A DNA stretch of 64,000 nucleotides. Source: Halanaerobiales bacterium. Its GTDB lineage: Bacteria; Bacillota; Halanaerobiia; Halanaerobiales; DTU029. Made by a program: the position numbers and the translations under genes. The stretch is taken from contig JBKGXW010000001.1 in NCBI GenBank assembly GCA_046546395.1, forward strand, positions 29,599 through 93,598. Reading direction: 5' to 3'. Position 1 is the stretch's first letter. Each line of letters starts with the position of its first letter. Below, one piece after another: positions 29,403 through 39,396 of this stretch. A model generated the notes under the pieces. It had not been told where the DNA came from. It worked only from the letters and a program-made list of their open reading frames with translations, and did no database searches.

Positions 29403-30716
29403 TTGTATAAAGCAGAAAATAGTAAGATTAAACAGCTGAAGCAAATCATTGAGAAAAGGGATATTAGAACAATATTTCAGCCTATCGTCAATTTAAAAAA
29501 TGGAGATATTTTTGGATATGAAGCATTGAGTAGGGGGCCAGCAGATACAATATTTGAAAATCCGGTAACTTTATTTAATTATGCTAATGAACAGAATGTG
29601 CTTTTCAAATTGGAAAAGATAGCAAGGGAAAACGCCTTGCAGTCTGCCAGGTCTGTAGATAGAAGTTTAAAAATATTTATTAATGTTGATCCACATGTTA
29701 TATATGATAAAACTTTTAGAAGTGGTGTTACCCGTAATTATCTCAGGGAAATGGCCTTTAATGAAAACAACATAGTAATAGAACTTACAGAAAGGACTTT
29801 TATAGAAGACTTTAAAGCATTTAAAATGTCGCTAGATCATTACAGGGAACAGGGCTTTAATATTGCTATTGATGATACAGGTGCCGGTTATTCGGGCCTT
29901 CAGTCAATAGTATCAATTCCTTTCGATTATATTAAAATTGATCGCTCTCTGATTTCAGGTATTGATACAGATCCTGTAAAACAGGCATTACTGGAGGCGT
30001 TTATTAAGTTTACTAAACGAATTAATTCAAAAATCATTGCTGAAGGAATAGAAACCAGAGCTGAATTGGATTTCTTAATAGGGCTGGAAGTTGATTATGG
30101 GCAGGGGTTTGTAATCAGTAGACCCCAGAAAAAATTATTAAATAAGCTTGTAATTCAGGACTTTATCAGGGAGCGCAATAAATATATTCCAGATAAATTA
30201 AATAATCCTTATATTGGAGAAATATCACTAATAGATGTAACATTTCAGCCTGAAACTGAGACAGAAAAGGTAGTTCAGGTATTTGAAAATAATGAACATA
30301 TACAGAGTGTAATTATAGTAGAAAATAATCACCCCGTAGGAATAATTATGAGAGATAAATTGTATTATCGTTTAAGGACAAAATATGAATATGCCGTCTA
30401 TATGGGTAGACCTATTAAACTTATTATGAATGACAACCCTATGATAGTTGATTTTCATGATGCTATTTATGATGTATCTCAGAGGGCAATGTCCAGAAAG
30501 CATAGTAATATATATGATTCTATTATTGTGACACGTAATGGCGGATATTATGGATCTGTTTCAATTAAAAATTTGCTTGAAAAGGTATCCAGTATGCAGG
30601 TTGAGGAAGCTAAACAGTGTAATCCCCGTAATCTTGAGACTCATCTTCAGATAAGTGATACAGCTGCTGAAATTAAAAAAAATAGCCCAAAAAGAGGAAG
30701 GCAATATCTATATTAA
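29403..30716 (+). CDS. c-di-GMP phosphodiesterase: EAL domain plus C-terminal CBS pair
   Basis: The EAL signature set is intact: YEALSRG, FINVDP, IELTE, DDTGAGYSG, KIDRSL, AEGIE, GQG. The C-terminal ~130 aa resemble two CBS motifs. The TTG start follows GAGGTGG. Confidence 0.8.
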   Translation: MYKAENSKIKQLKQIIEKRDIRTIFQPIVNLKNGDIFGYEALSRGPADTIFENPVTLFNYANEQNVLFKLEKIARENALQSARSVDRSLKIFINVDPHVIYDKTFRSGVTRNYLREMAFNENNIVIELTERTFIEDFKAFKMSLDHYREQGFNIAIDDTGAGYSGLQSIVSIPFDYIKIDRSLISGIDTDPVKQALLEAFIKFTKRINSKIIAEGIETRAELDFLIGLEVDYGQGFVISRPQKKLLNKLVIQDFIRERNKYIPDKLNNPYIGEISLIDVTFQPETETEKVVQVFENNEHIQSVIIVENNHPVGIIMRDKLYYRLRTKYEYAVYMGRPIKLIMNDNPMIVDFHDAIYDVSQRAMSRKHSNIYDSIIVTRNGGYYGSVSIKNLLEKVSSMQVEEAKQCNPRNLETHLQISDTAAEIKKNSPKRGRQYLY

Positions 30717-30812
30717 AGATAGTAATATAATTAAGGGTGTAGAATTAACAAAAAAACTGGAAAACTATAGAATGATAGGCTCATAAATTTACAAGTTCTT
30801 TGGTATACTTTG

Positions 30813-30866
30813 TTAACCTTCATTTAACATTTTTGTAACATAATTTTAACATAAGATTGTTATACT
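30813..30866 (+). promoter_or_regulatory. Pho box plus -10 element of the pst operon
   Basis: TTAACC (30813), TTAACA (30824), GTAACA (30835) and TTAACA (30846) lie at exact 11-bp spacing in place of a -35 element. TGtTATACT follows (extended -10; TATACT at 30861-30866). Confidence 0.7.
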
Positions 30867-30948
30867 AATCCTGTATGTGAGTTATATTTAGATACTAATT
30901 TTTATATGGATTGGACAAATAAATATAATTTAAATGGAGGGAAAAAAT

Positions 30949-31860
30949 ATGAAGAAAACCAGGTTTTATTTATTGTTTATACTCGTTATAGGAATCAGTT
31001 TTGTTATAATAGGTTGTGGTGACGGTAATGGGAATCAACAACAGGCACTTCAGATAAAAGGGTCAGACACAGAAGTAAATGTAGTCCAACGTATGGCTGA
31101 GGTTTATATGGAAAACAATGATGCGAAAATTGCAGTGACTGGTGGCGGCTCAGGTACTGGAATAGCTGCTTTGATAAATGGAGAAGTTGATGTCGCCAAT
31201 TCATCAAGGGATATGAAGGAAGCAGAGATAGAAGATGCTGAAAAGAATGGTGTAGAAGCAGTGAGATTTATTATAGCTATGGATGGATTGTGTATTGTAG
31301 TTAATGAAGATAACCCTGTAAAAGAATTAACAGTTGATGAAATAGGTAGAATATTTAAAGGAGAGATTTCAAACTGGAATGAAGTTGGAGGCCCAGACCT
31401 CCAGATATCTTTATATGGTAGACAGAGCAATTCAGGAACGTATATTTTCTTCAGGGATAATGTACTGAAGGGTGATTATTCCCAAAATATGAAGAGGATG
31501 AATGGTAATGCCCAGATTGTAGAGTCTATTAAAAGTGATAAAGCTGGTATCAGCTATGTTGGAGTTGGTTATACTGTTGATGAGAATAATAATGAAGTTG
31601 AGGGTTTAAATATAGTCAATGTTGCAGTTGATGAAGATTCACCTTCGGTTAATCCTCTGAAAGCAGAAAATGTTGAAGATGGAAGTTATCCTCTGGCAAG
31701 ACCATTGAATCAGTATGTAAATGGAAAGCCGGAAGGCGAAATCAGAAATTTTATAGAGTTTGAACTCAGTAAAGAGGGACAGGAGATGGTTATTGAGGAA
31801 GGGTTTTATCCTGTTAACCCGGAATTCCAGAAAATAAATGAAGAAAATTTAAAACAGTAA
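30949..31860 (+). CDS. pstS: Phosphate ABC transporter substrate-binding lipoprotein
   Basis: Lipobox VIIGC, then the GSDTE...TGGGSGTG phosphate-binding PBP signature. ATG at 30949 follows GGAGGG. Confidence 0.9.
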   Translation: MKKTRFYLLFILVIGISFVIIGCGDGNGNQQQALQIKGSDTEVNVVQRMAEVYMENNDAKIAVTGGGSGTGIAALINGEVDVANSSRDMKEAEIEDAEKNGVEAVRFIIAMDGLCIVVNEDNPVKELTVDEIGRIFKGEISNWNEVGGPDLQISLYGRQSNSGTYIFFRDNVLKGDYSQNMKRMNGNAQIVESIKSDKAGISYVGVGYTVDENNNEVEGLNIVNVAVDEDSPSVNPLKAENVEDGSYPLARPLNQYVNGKPEGEIRNFIEFELSKEGQEMVIEEGFYPVNPEFQKINEENLKQ

Positions 31861-31875
31861 TTGGGGGAGTATAGT

Positions 31876-32760
31876 ATGCAGAAGAAGCAGAAATTAATTG
31901 AAAAAATTATTAGTTATTTCTTTCTTGCAAATGGGTTGTTAGTTATATTTGTATTACTGAGTATTTTTTATTTGCTGCTGAAGAATAGTATGCCTGCATT
32001 TTCTGAAGTTGGTCTGAAGGAGTTTTTTGCTTCGGCTAACTGGAACCCCAGTTCATATTCAGAGCCCAGCTATGGGATTCTTGCACAGGTGGTTAGTACA
32101 TTAATGGTTACTTTTGGTGCCATGCTGATAGCAGTACCTATTGGTGTTGGTACTGCTGCCTATATTGCGGAGGTAGCAAGCCCCCGAGTAAAAGGAATAT
32201 TAAAACCTGTGATTGAAATCCTGGCTGGTATACCTTCAGTAGTGATAGGTTTCCTTGGTATCGTATTACTTGGGCCGATTATTGCTGATGCTGCGAATCT
32301 GTCAAATGGTCTAAATGTTATAAATGGTTCTATATTACTTGCAATAATGTCACTTCCAACAATTATAAGTCTTTCAGAGGATGCAATCTCTGCAGTCCCT
32401 GATAGTTACAGACAGGCCTCGTTGGGATTGGGAGCAAACCGCTGGCAGACACTGGTCAGATCAGTAATACCTTCCGGCCTTTCTGGTATAATTGCCTCGA
32501 TTATGCTGGGTATGGGGAGGGCAATAGGAGAAACCATGACTGTCTTGATGGCAACTGGTAATGCTCCAGCCTTGCCCGGAAGTTTGTTTGATTCAGTAAG
32601 GACTATGACTGCGACAATTGCTATTGAACTGGGAGAAGTACCTTATAATACAACTCACTATTATGCTTTGTTTGCAGTTGGACTAATCCTATTTATAATG
32701 ACTTTTGTTGTTAATTTAGTATCAGATATAATACTCCATAAATATCAGGAGGTGGCTTAA
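31876..32760 (+). CDS. pstC: Phosphate ABC transporter permease PstC
   Basis: Six TM helices, an EAA-like loop (SLGLGANRWQT) and GETMTVLMATGN. ATG at 31876 follows GGGGGAG. Confidence 0.9.
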   Translation: MQKKQKLIEKIISYFFLANGLLVIFVLLSIFYLLLKNSMPAFSEVGLKEFFASANWNPSSYSEPSYGILAQVVSTLMVTFGAMLIAVPIGVGTAAYIAEVASPRVKGILKPVIEILAGIPSVVIGFLGIVLLGPIIADAANLSNGLNVINGSILLAIMSLPTIISLSEDAISAVPDSYRQASLGLGANRWQTLVRSVIPSGLSGIIASIMLGMGRAIGETMTVLMATGNAPALPGSLFDSVRTMTATIAIELGEVPYNTTHYYALFAVGLILFIMTFVVNLVSDIILHKYQEVA

Positions 32761-32810
32761 GTTGAAGGAAAACTTTTGTCACTTTTTATCTTGTAAGCGC
32801 AGCGAAAGGA

Positions 32811-33674
32811 ATGAAACTTAATATGTCAAGAGATCTTAAGGAAAAAATAGGTTTCTTTATACTTAAGGCTTCTGCACTACTTGTGATTTTGATCCTGGGA
32901 GTAATTATATATGATATTTTGTCAAAGGGTATAACAGTCATTAACTGGCAATTTATAAGCAGTGCCCCTAAAAACGGTATGACAGAAGGTGGTATATTAC
33001 CGGCAATTATCGGGACTTTCTATGTAACCATGATAACAGCATTGTTATCTACACCAGTAGGCATTTTTGCAGCAATTTATTTGAATGAATATGCGCGCAG
33101 AGGACTACTGACCAGGTTTATCAGGATGGCTATCAGGAATCTATCAGGGGTTCCATCTATTGTCTTTGGTTTATTTGGCGTGGCCCTTTTTGTACAGGGA
33201 TTGAGACTGGGAACTTCCATTTTAAGTGCCGGGCTGACACTGGGTCTGATGACATTGCCTGTTACTATTACTGCCAGCGAGGAAGCTCTTAAGACTGTAC
33301 CTGACTCATATAGAAGGGGGTCTCTAGCCCTTGGTGCTACTAAATGGCAGAGTATCAGGACTAATGTGCTACCCGTAGCTGTACCTGGTATGATGACAGG
33401 GTCAATACTGGGACTGGCCAGGGCAGCAGGGGAAACAGCCCCAATTCTATTCACTGGCGCAGCTTTTTATTTGCCATATCTGCCAGGAACACTTTTTGAC
33501 CAGTTTATGGCTCTGCCTTACCACCTATATATAATGGCTACACAACATCATGCGATACAGCAGGTAAGGCCGATAGCTTACGGTACAGCTCTTATCTTAA
33601 TTCTGCTTGTGATTATTATGAACTTAACGGCAATTGTAATAAGGGCCAGATTCAGGAAGAAATTTAGGGGATAG
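32811..33674 (+). CDS. pstA: Phosphate ABC transporter permease PstA
   Basis: SLALGATKWQ and AAGETAPILFTG motifs. Position follows pstC. Confidence 0.9.
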   Translation: MKLNMSRDLKEKIGFFILKASALLVILILGVIIYDILSKGITVINWQFISSAPKNGMTEGGILPAIIGTFYVTMITALLSTPVGIFAAIYLNEYARRGLLTRFIRMAIRNLSGVPSIVFGLFGVALFVQGLRLGTSILSAGLTLGLMTLPVTITASEEALKTVPDSYRRGSLALGATKWQSIRTNVLPVAVPGMMTGSILGLARAAGETAPILFTGAAFYLPYLPGTLFDQFMALPYHLYIMATQHHAIQQVRPIAYGTALILILLVIIMNLTAIVIRARFRKKFRG

Positions 33675-33722
33675 GGTTTAAACGATATAGACATAACATA
33701 TAAAGTGGAAGGAGTAAATTTC

Positions 33723-34484
33723 ATGGGTGAGGCAAATAAGATAGAGGTAAAGGATTTAGATTTTTATTATAATGATTTTCAGGCTTTGCAGGATATAAAT
33801 CTGGAAATAAAAGAAAATAGAGTTACAGCATTAATAGGCCCTTCTGGTTGTGGTAAATCTACATTTCTAAGAACCCTGAACAGGATGAATGACTTAATTG
33901 AGGGGAGCAGAGTGGAGGGTGAAGTTATCTTTGATGGAGAAGATATCTACAGTAAAGAAACGGATGTTGTTGAATTACGTAAGAAGGTGGGGATGGTTTT
34001 TCAGCAGCCTAATCCTTTTCCCAAAAGTATATATGATAATGTTGCCTATGGACCCCGTATACATGGAATCAAGAATAAGGCAAAACTTGATGAAATTGTT
34101 GAAAGTAGCCTCAAAGGTGCAGCACTCTGGGATGATGTGAAAGACAGATTAAATGAATCAGGTCTGAGTATTTCCGGTGGACAGCAGCAGCGTCTCTGTA
34201 TCGCCAGGGCACTAGCTGTGAAACCAGAAGTACTACTGATGGACGAACCTGCTTCAGCACTTGATCCAGTAGCTACAGCTAAAATTGAAGAACTTATAGA
34301 CATACTAAAAAAAAATTATACTATTGTAATAGTAACCCATAGTATGCAGCAGGCTGCCAGGGTATCAGACAATACAGCATTTTTCCTTATGGGAGTACTG
34401 GTGGAATTTGATAAAACAGAAAGGTTATTTGAAAACCCATCAGATCAACGTACAGAAGACTATATTACCGGGCGTTTTGGATAG
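33723..34484 (+). CDS. pstB: Phosphate ABC transporter ATP-binding protein
   Basis: Walker [10 protein letters not shown], signature LSGGQQQRL and Walker B LLMDEP, plus the PstB-specific FYY and [19 protein letters not shown] motifs. ATG at 33723 follows GGAAGGAG. Confidence 0.95.
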   Translation: MGEANKIEVKDLDFYYNDFQALQDINLEIKENRVTALIGPSGCGKSTFLRTLNRMNDLIEGSRVEGEVIFDGEDIYSKETDVVELRKKVGMVFQQPNPFPKSIYDNVAYGPRIHGIKNKAKLDEIVESSLKGAALWDDVKDRLNESGLSISGGQQQRLCIARALAVKPEVLLMDEPASALDPVATAKIEELIDILKKNYTIVIVTHSMQQAARVSDNTAFFLMGVLVEFDKTERLFENPSDQRTEDYITGRFG

Positions 34485-34549
34485 AATGCCCTGGAGATTT
34501 AATGAATATAAATGAGTATTAATTACTGTGACTAAAGGAGTGTAAGCAT

Positions 34550-35197
34550 ATGCGTAAGAGTTTTCATGAGTCTCTGGCAGACTTAAAAAACGAGATGTTG
34601 AAGATGGTCAGCATGGTTGAGGAGGCTATAAATAAGAGTATTCAAGCATTAAAAGATGGTGACCTTGAGTTAGCACAAAAGGTTAAAAATGAAGATGACA
34701 AAATAGATGACATGGAAATTATATTAGAAGAAAAGTGTACAAAGTTAATTGCCTTACAACAACCTGTAGCCAAGGATTTAAGGATGATTATCGTTATTTC
34801 CAAGCTTGTTACTGACCTTGAACGAATTGGTGATCATGCTTCAAATATAGCCAATATGGTACTGGAGATTGGTAATGAGCCATTAATAAAACCACTAATT
34901 GATATTCCCCGGATGACTGAGATAGTAACAAGGCGCCTCAGGGAGACTATTGATGCCTTTGTGAATATGGATATAGAGCTGGCCAAGAAGGTAGCACGTG
35001 AAGACGAAGAGATTGATATAATAGATAAACAAATATTACGAGAACTATTGACATTTATGATGGAAGATCCTAAAACTATCAGACAGGCTACATCGTTGAT
35101 GTTTATCAGTAGATTCCTGGAACGTATTGGCGACCATTCAACTAATATCTGTGAACGTATAGTCTATATGGTAAGTGGAGAAAGGGAAGCGTACTAA
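34550..35197 (+). CDS. phoU: Phosphate signalling complex protein PhoU
   Basis: Duplicated three-helix repeats, each ending in E(R)IGDH (DLERIGDHASN; LERIGDHSTN). Confidence 0.9.
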   Translation: MRKSFHESLADLKNEMLKMVSMVEEAINKSIQALKDGDLELAQKVKNEDDKIDDMEIILEEKCTKLIALQQPVAKDLRMIIVISKLVTDLERIGDHASNIANMVLEIGNEPLIKPLIDIPRMTEIVTRRLRETIDAFVNMDIELAKKVAREDEEIDIIDKQILRELLTFMMEDPKTIRQATSLMFISRFLERIGDHSTNICERIVYMVSGEREAY

Positions 35198-35258
35198 TTT
35201 TCCTTCCAGATGTCAATAATTCATCTTAAAGTTCTAAAAGTATAAAATAAATAGACCT

Positions 35259-35286
35259 GGAGCTCTATACAAATGGGCTCCTTTTT
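35259..35286 (+). terminator. Probable terminator of the pst-phoU operon
   Basis: GGAGCTC ... GGGCTCC stem (one mismatch) followed by TTTTT. Confidence 0.45.
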
Positions 35287-35505
35287 AATGGGCAGGAAAT
35301 AGTGTGCCTTCGTAAATTGTCGATATATCCGAATCCGAATTCTGGATTATAAAAGTAATGATGAATCAGGTATAACCATTATTGAAAATTGCCATGTTAA
35401 TTGTTATAATATAAATGTATTAATACAAATTAAAATTAACTATATATCTAGATGATTTATCCATTATTTTTATAGTTATAGCAATATTATATATTTTCCG
35501 GGGGG

Positions 35506-36963
35506 ATGAGCGTGATTAAAATTGACAAAGATAATAAAGCCAACCTATATATGCAGGTATACCGGCAGTTAAAAAAAGAAATAATGAACGAAGAATTAAA
35601 AGCCAATACAAAATTAAAACCTATTCGTCAGATGGCTGATGATCTAGGGATAAATCCAGCTACTGTTGTTAAGTCATATGACCTTCTTGAAAAAGAAGGC
35701 TTGATTTACAAAAAAGTAGGTAGTGGCAGCTTTGTCTCTCCTGTACTGGAGGGTATTTCAGTAAGGGGAGAAGGGACAGAGAATAATAATGAACTGGATA
35801 TGATGCAGTATGGTCAGGTAGTGATGGGATCCGATATAAACTTTGCCAGTGCTACACCTTCCCCTGAGTTATTCCCAATAAATGAATATAAAGAAGTAAT
35901 AAATGAGGTTATTGAAAGAGATGGAGGAGCTGTCTTTACATATCAAAAGAGTCAGGGATATCCACCACTTAGAGAATATATTCATAGTTTTCTTAACTCA
36001 GATGGGATATCTGCGGATATCAATAATATTATGGTTGTTTCTGGAGCCCAGCAGGGGATAGATCTTGTTTCTAAAGCATTAATCAATATAACCGATATTG
36101 TAGTAGTTGAGGAAGCGACCTATACTGCTGCCTTATCTTCATTTCGAGCGCAGGGAGCCCGTATCAGGACAATTCCTCTGACAGGTACTGGTATGGACCT
36201 AAATGAATTGGAAGACTTTCTGCAGAAAAATGATATATCCTGTTTATATATGATGAGCAATTTCCACAATCCAACAGGTATATGTTGGAGTGAAGAGAAG
36301 AAAGAAAAACTGGTAGAACTTGCGGAAAAATATGATTTTTATATTATTGAAGATGATTGCTTATCTGAATTATATTATACAGGCGATAAACCAGTACCTA
36401 CTAAGAGTTTTGATTATAATGAACGTGTTATATATATAAAGAGCTATTCAAAGATGTTTATGCCGGGATTAAGACTGGGATTTATGGTTATTCCCGGTAA
36501 ATTGCTGACGTCAATATTATCTGCAAAGTATTCAACAGATATTTCGGGTGCAGGTTTGACTCAAAGGTCATTTGATTTGTTTATGAGAAAGGGCTTATGG
36601 GATAGACATTTACAGAAAATGCGTATTATTTTAAATAGGCGTTTTCACTTAATGAAAGAAAAGATGAGATACTTTCATCCGGATGTCAGTCTGGTTTATG
36701 GTCCCAGGGGGGGACTTTACTTCTGGATGTCTTTACCCCCGGGCAAGAGTAGTGAAGACTTTTATTTGACTGCTCTCAAAAATGGGGTTGCATTTTTGCC
36801 AGGAGGGACATTTATGGCTGCAGGAAGGAGCACAGCATTCTTTCGTTTAAGTTTTGCAGATGCAAACGAGAAAGATATCAAGCAAGGAATGGATATTATG
36901 ATTAAGATAATAAGAAAATTTATTGAAGAAGGAGATAAAATGGATTATATGCCTTTATTATAG
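35506..36963 (+). CDS. MocR/GabR-type regulator (GntR HTH fused to a fold-type I aminotransferase-like domain)
   Basis: N-terminal GntR HTH (LKPIRQMADDLGINPATVVKSYDLLEKEGLIY). C-terminal aminotransferase fold with the PLP-lysine context YIKSYSKMFMPGLRLGF. Confidence 0.85.
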   Translation: MSVIKIDKDNKANLYMQVYRQLKKEIMNEELKANTKLKPIRQMADDLGINPATVVKSYDLLEKEGLIYKKVGSGSFVSPVLEGISVRGEGTENNNELDMMQYGQVVMGSDINFASATPSPELFPINEYKEVINEVIERDGGAVFTYQKSQGYPPLREYIHSFLNSDGISADINNIMVVSGAQQGIDLVSKALINITDIVVVEEATYTAALSSFRAQGARIRTIPLTGTGMDLNELEDFLQKNDISCLYMMSNFHNPTGICWSEEKKEKLVELAEKYDFYIIEDDCLSELYYTGDKPVPTKSFDYNERVIYIKSYSKMFMPGLRLGFMVIPGKLLTSILSAKYSTDISGAGLTQRSFDLFMRKGLWDRHLQKMRIILNRRFHLMKEKMRYFHPDVSLVYGPRGGLYFWMSLPPGKSSEDFYLTALKNGVAFLPGGTFMAAGRSTAFFRLSFADANEKDIKQGMDIMIKIIRKFIEEGDKMDYMPLL

Positions 36964-37136
36964 TAGTTGTAAATATTATATAAATAATATTTAGGACTTT
37001 TGTCTTTTTATATACGCGTTAGTTCTTTATTATTGAGAATTATATTAAAGATAATATTTGAGATAATATATGTACATCTGCGTTGTAATATAGATAGTAA
37101 TAGAGGTATTCTAGATATAATACTAGGTAAAAAATT

Positions 37137-37165
37137 AAGGGAGATGTTCACCGACATCTCCCCTT
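37137..37165 (-). terminator. Probable terminator for the minus-strand manA transcript
   Basis: AAGGGAGATGT / ACATCTCCCCTT hairpin (one bulge). On the minus strand it is followed by TTTTTT. It lies about 310 nt downstream of the manA stop. Confidence 0.5.
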
Positions 37166-37474
37166 TAAGGAATTGGTTATTTATACATTGGTCTCAAGGA
37201 CCTTGATATTCATTTTTATTGAACTCTGATGACCTTATTTTAATTATAAATATTTTATATAAACACCAATTCCTTTATTAGTAGTATAAACAGTTTGTTC
37301 TCTTTTATTCTATTTTTTTTTATTTTTATAATTTTTTATTTCTCTATTAATATATACTGTTTCCTGATCATTAAAATGCCAATTGTAAAGTTACTTTTCT
37401 TGCTTACCATACCCCGTCCTCCTCTTGAAATGGGATAATTCTATGTTAATAGCCTGTTAATTTAGCGCAATATT

Positions 37475-38542
37475 CTATTCCTTCCATTCATTAAATCCTG
37501 CTAGATTATTAATTTCAGATTTTGTAAAATTGAGCTTGTTTAACTCTTTTTCGAGTTCTCTTTTACTATCTGGTATATAACTTACTAGCATTTCAGTTAG
37601 GCCGTCAATTTTAACAGAACGGAGATCAGCAGGTATGAAATATGTATCACCGGGGCTGAGATTATAAACCCTTTCATTACTACTTATACCGGCCTGTCCA
37701 CTTAGATTCATGACAATAAAGAATTTTTCGCCACCGGGGTGCAGTTCATATATATTTTTTACGTCAACTTTTTCTGTTACAAAATATGGGCAGGCAGCTA
37801 AAAAACTCCTTCTATAATTAGTATTATCAATAGTTAGAGGAGTACTCTTTGCCTGTATATTATCTTTTCCAAAATTAATAACATCAAGGGCTTTTTCTAC
37901 GTGGAGATCCCGGGGTTTTCCGTTCTGGCCTACTCTGTTCCAGTCATAAACCCGATAGGTTGTATCAGAATTCTGCTGTATTTCTGCAAGTAATATCCCT
38001 TCTTCAATAGCATGTATTGTACCAGAGGGCATATAGAAAATATCGCCCTTTTCAACTGAGATTTCATTTAAATACTTTTCCAGTTCTCCTTCTTCAATGG
38101 CTTCAGAAAAATCTTCTTTTCTGGTTCCGGGTTTTAGTCCATACACTAATTTTGCATCTGGTTCTGCATCTATAATATACCACATTTCTGTTTTACCTAA
38201 TTCGTTTTCTACTTTATCAGCATATTCATCATCAGGATGTACCTGGACAGATAATTTTGCGTTTGCATCAAGAATTTTAACAAGTAGAGGGAATCTGTTA
38301 TCCTCATTAAGTTTTGCTTTTCCCAGTAATTCTTGAGTGTTATTATCTATTAATTCAGTAATTGTTCTGCCCTGATAGATCCCATTTTCAATAATGCTGG
38401 TTCCATTGGGGTGTGCGGCGACTTCCCAGCTTTCACCTATTTTATTGTTTGGTAAATATCGGTTGAAAACTTTAGTTAGTTTATCTCCGCCCCAAATTTT
38501 TTCTTTATAGATTGGGTTAAATTTTAAAGGGTATAGGTCCAT
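37475..38542 (-). CDS. manA: Class I mannose-6-phosphate isomerase (cupin type)
   Basis: MDLYPLKFNPIYKEKIWGG, SWEV, LSVQVHPDD, KTEMWY and GTIHA motifs of Firmicute Pmi. I prefer the ATG at 38542 (GGAG upstream) to the GTG at 38551. Confidence 0.85.
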   Translation of the reverse strand: MDLYPLKFNPIYKEKIWGGDKLTKVFNRYLPNNKIGESWEVAAHPNGTSIIENGIYQGRTITELIDNNTQELLGKAKLNEDNRFPLLVKILDANAKLSVQVHPDDEYADKVENELGKTEMWYIIDAEPDAKLVYGLKPGTRKEDFSEAIEEGELEKYLNEISVEKGDIFYMPSGTIHAIEEGILLAEIQQNSDTTYRVYDWNRVGQNGKPRDLHVEKALDVINFGKDNIQAKSTPLTIDNTNYRRSFLAACPYFVTEKVDVKNIYELHPGGEKFFIVMNLSGQAGISSNERVYNLSPGDTYFIPADLRSVKIDGLTEMLVSYIPDSKRELEKELNKLNFTKSEINNLAGFNEWKE

Positions 38543-38829
38543 ACTTATCACACTCCATTCTAGTATTATATTTGTCCTATTCTATGTTAATATTCTAGTA
38601 AAATTGGGAAAGTCCTTTTTATTTTGAATTAAGTATAGGTATATGCTAAAATGAAAGTGAATATTGTATCTTACAGTATATAGAATAATATGAATATACT
38701 ATTGACAAATGTATATTTCTTATGTATAATATTATTGCAATAGATTACTAGTGCACTATATTTTAGTCAAGATATTAACATTTACGAAAAGTATTGAGAA
38801 TGCAAAGTATTAATTGAAAAATATTAATA

Positions 38830-39396
38830 ATGAAAAGAGGAGTGATTATATTGGCAGATAAAAAAATTTATAGGTCCAGAAAAGATAGGATGTTAGGTGG
38901 AGTATGTGGTGGACTTGCTGAATACTTCAATATTGATTCTACAATTGTTAGATTAGCTGCAGTCTTATTGTTATTTGCAGAGGGTATTGGACTGGTATTA
39001 TACATAGTTGCCTGGATCGTTGTTCCTGAGAAATCGAGATTTAGAGATAATAACCATGAAGATACTTACAACAGTACTTCTAGAACTATTGATGTTGAGG
39101 GATATAGCTCAGAGACAGAAGGGTCTGATGAAGAGGAGAAAATAGGTAATAAGAAAAAAATCAAGTTAGACCATGACGATAAAGAAAAAACCAGCAATAA
39201 AGGGGCAACTATTTCCGACAGTGAAAATAGGAATGATAAAGGGCAGATGATTATAGGTATTATTCTGGTAAGTCTAGGTTCAATATTTTTGATCGACAGA
39301 GCGTTTCCCTTTTTCCGATGGCACTTTTTTTGGCCGCTAATTCTTGTTGGTTTCGGTATTGTACTGTTACTGAAGGGGGTAAATAGTGATGAGTAA
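38830..39396 (+). CDS. PspC-domain membrane protein
   Basis: KIYRSRKDRMLGGVCGGLAEYFNIDSTIVRLAAVLL...VPE is a canonical PspC domain, followed by an acidic/Ser-rich linker and two C-terminal TM helices. The true start may be TTG at 38851, after AGAGGAG. Confidence 0.8.
   Translation: MKRGVIILADKKIYRSRKDRMLGGVCGGLAEYFNIDSTIVRLAAVLLLFAEGIGLVLYIVAWIVVPEKSRFRDNNHEDTYNSTSRTIDVEGYSSETEGSDEEEKIGNKKKIKLDHDDKEKTSNKGATISDSENRNDKGQMIIGIILVSLGSIFLIDRAFPFFRWHFFWPLILVGFGIVLLLKGVNSDE

Noticed and set aside
37000-37206. 68-aa ORF in the MocR-manA convergent spacer
   Set aside because: It has no RBS and an AT-rich, low-complexity translation. It runs through the terminator hairpin at 37137-37165.
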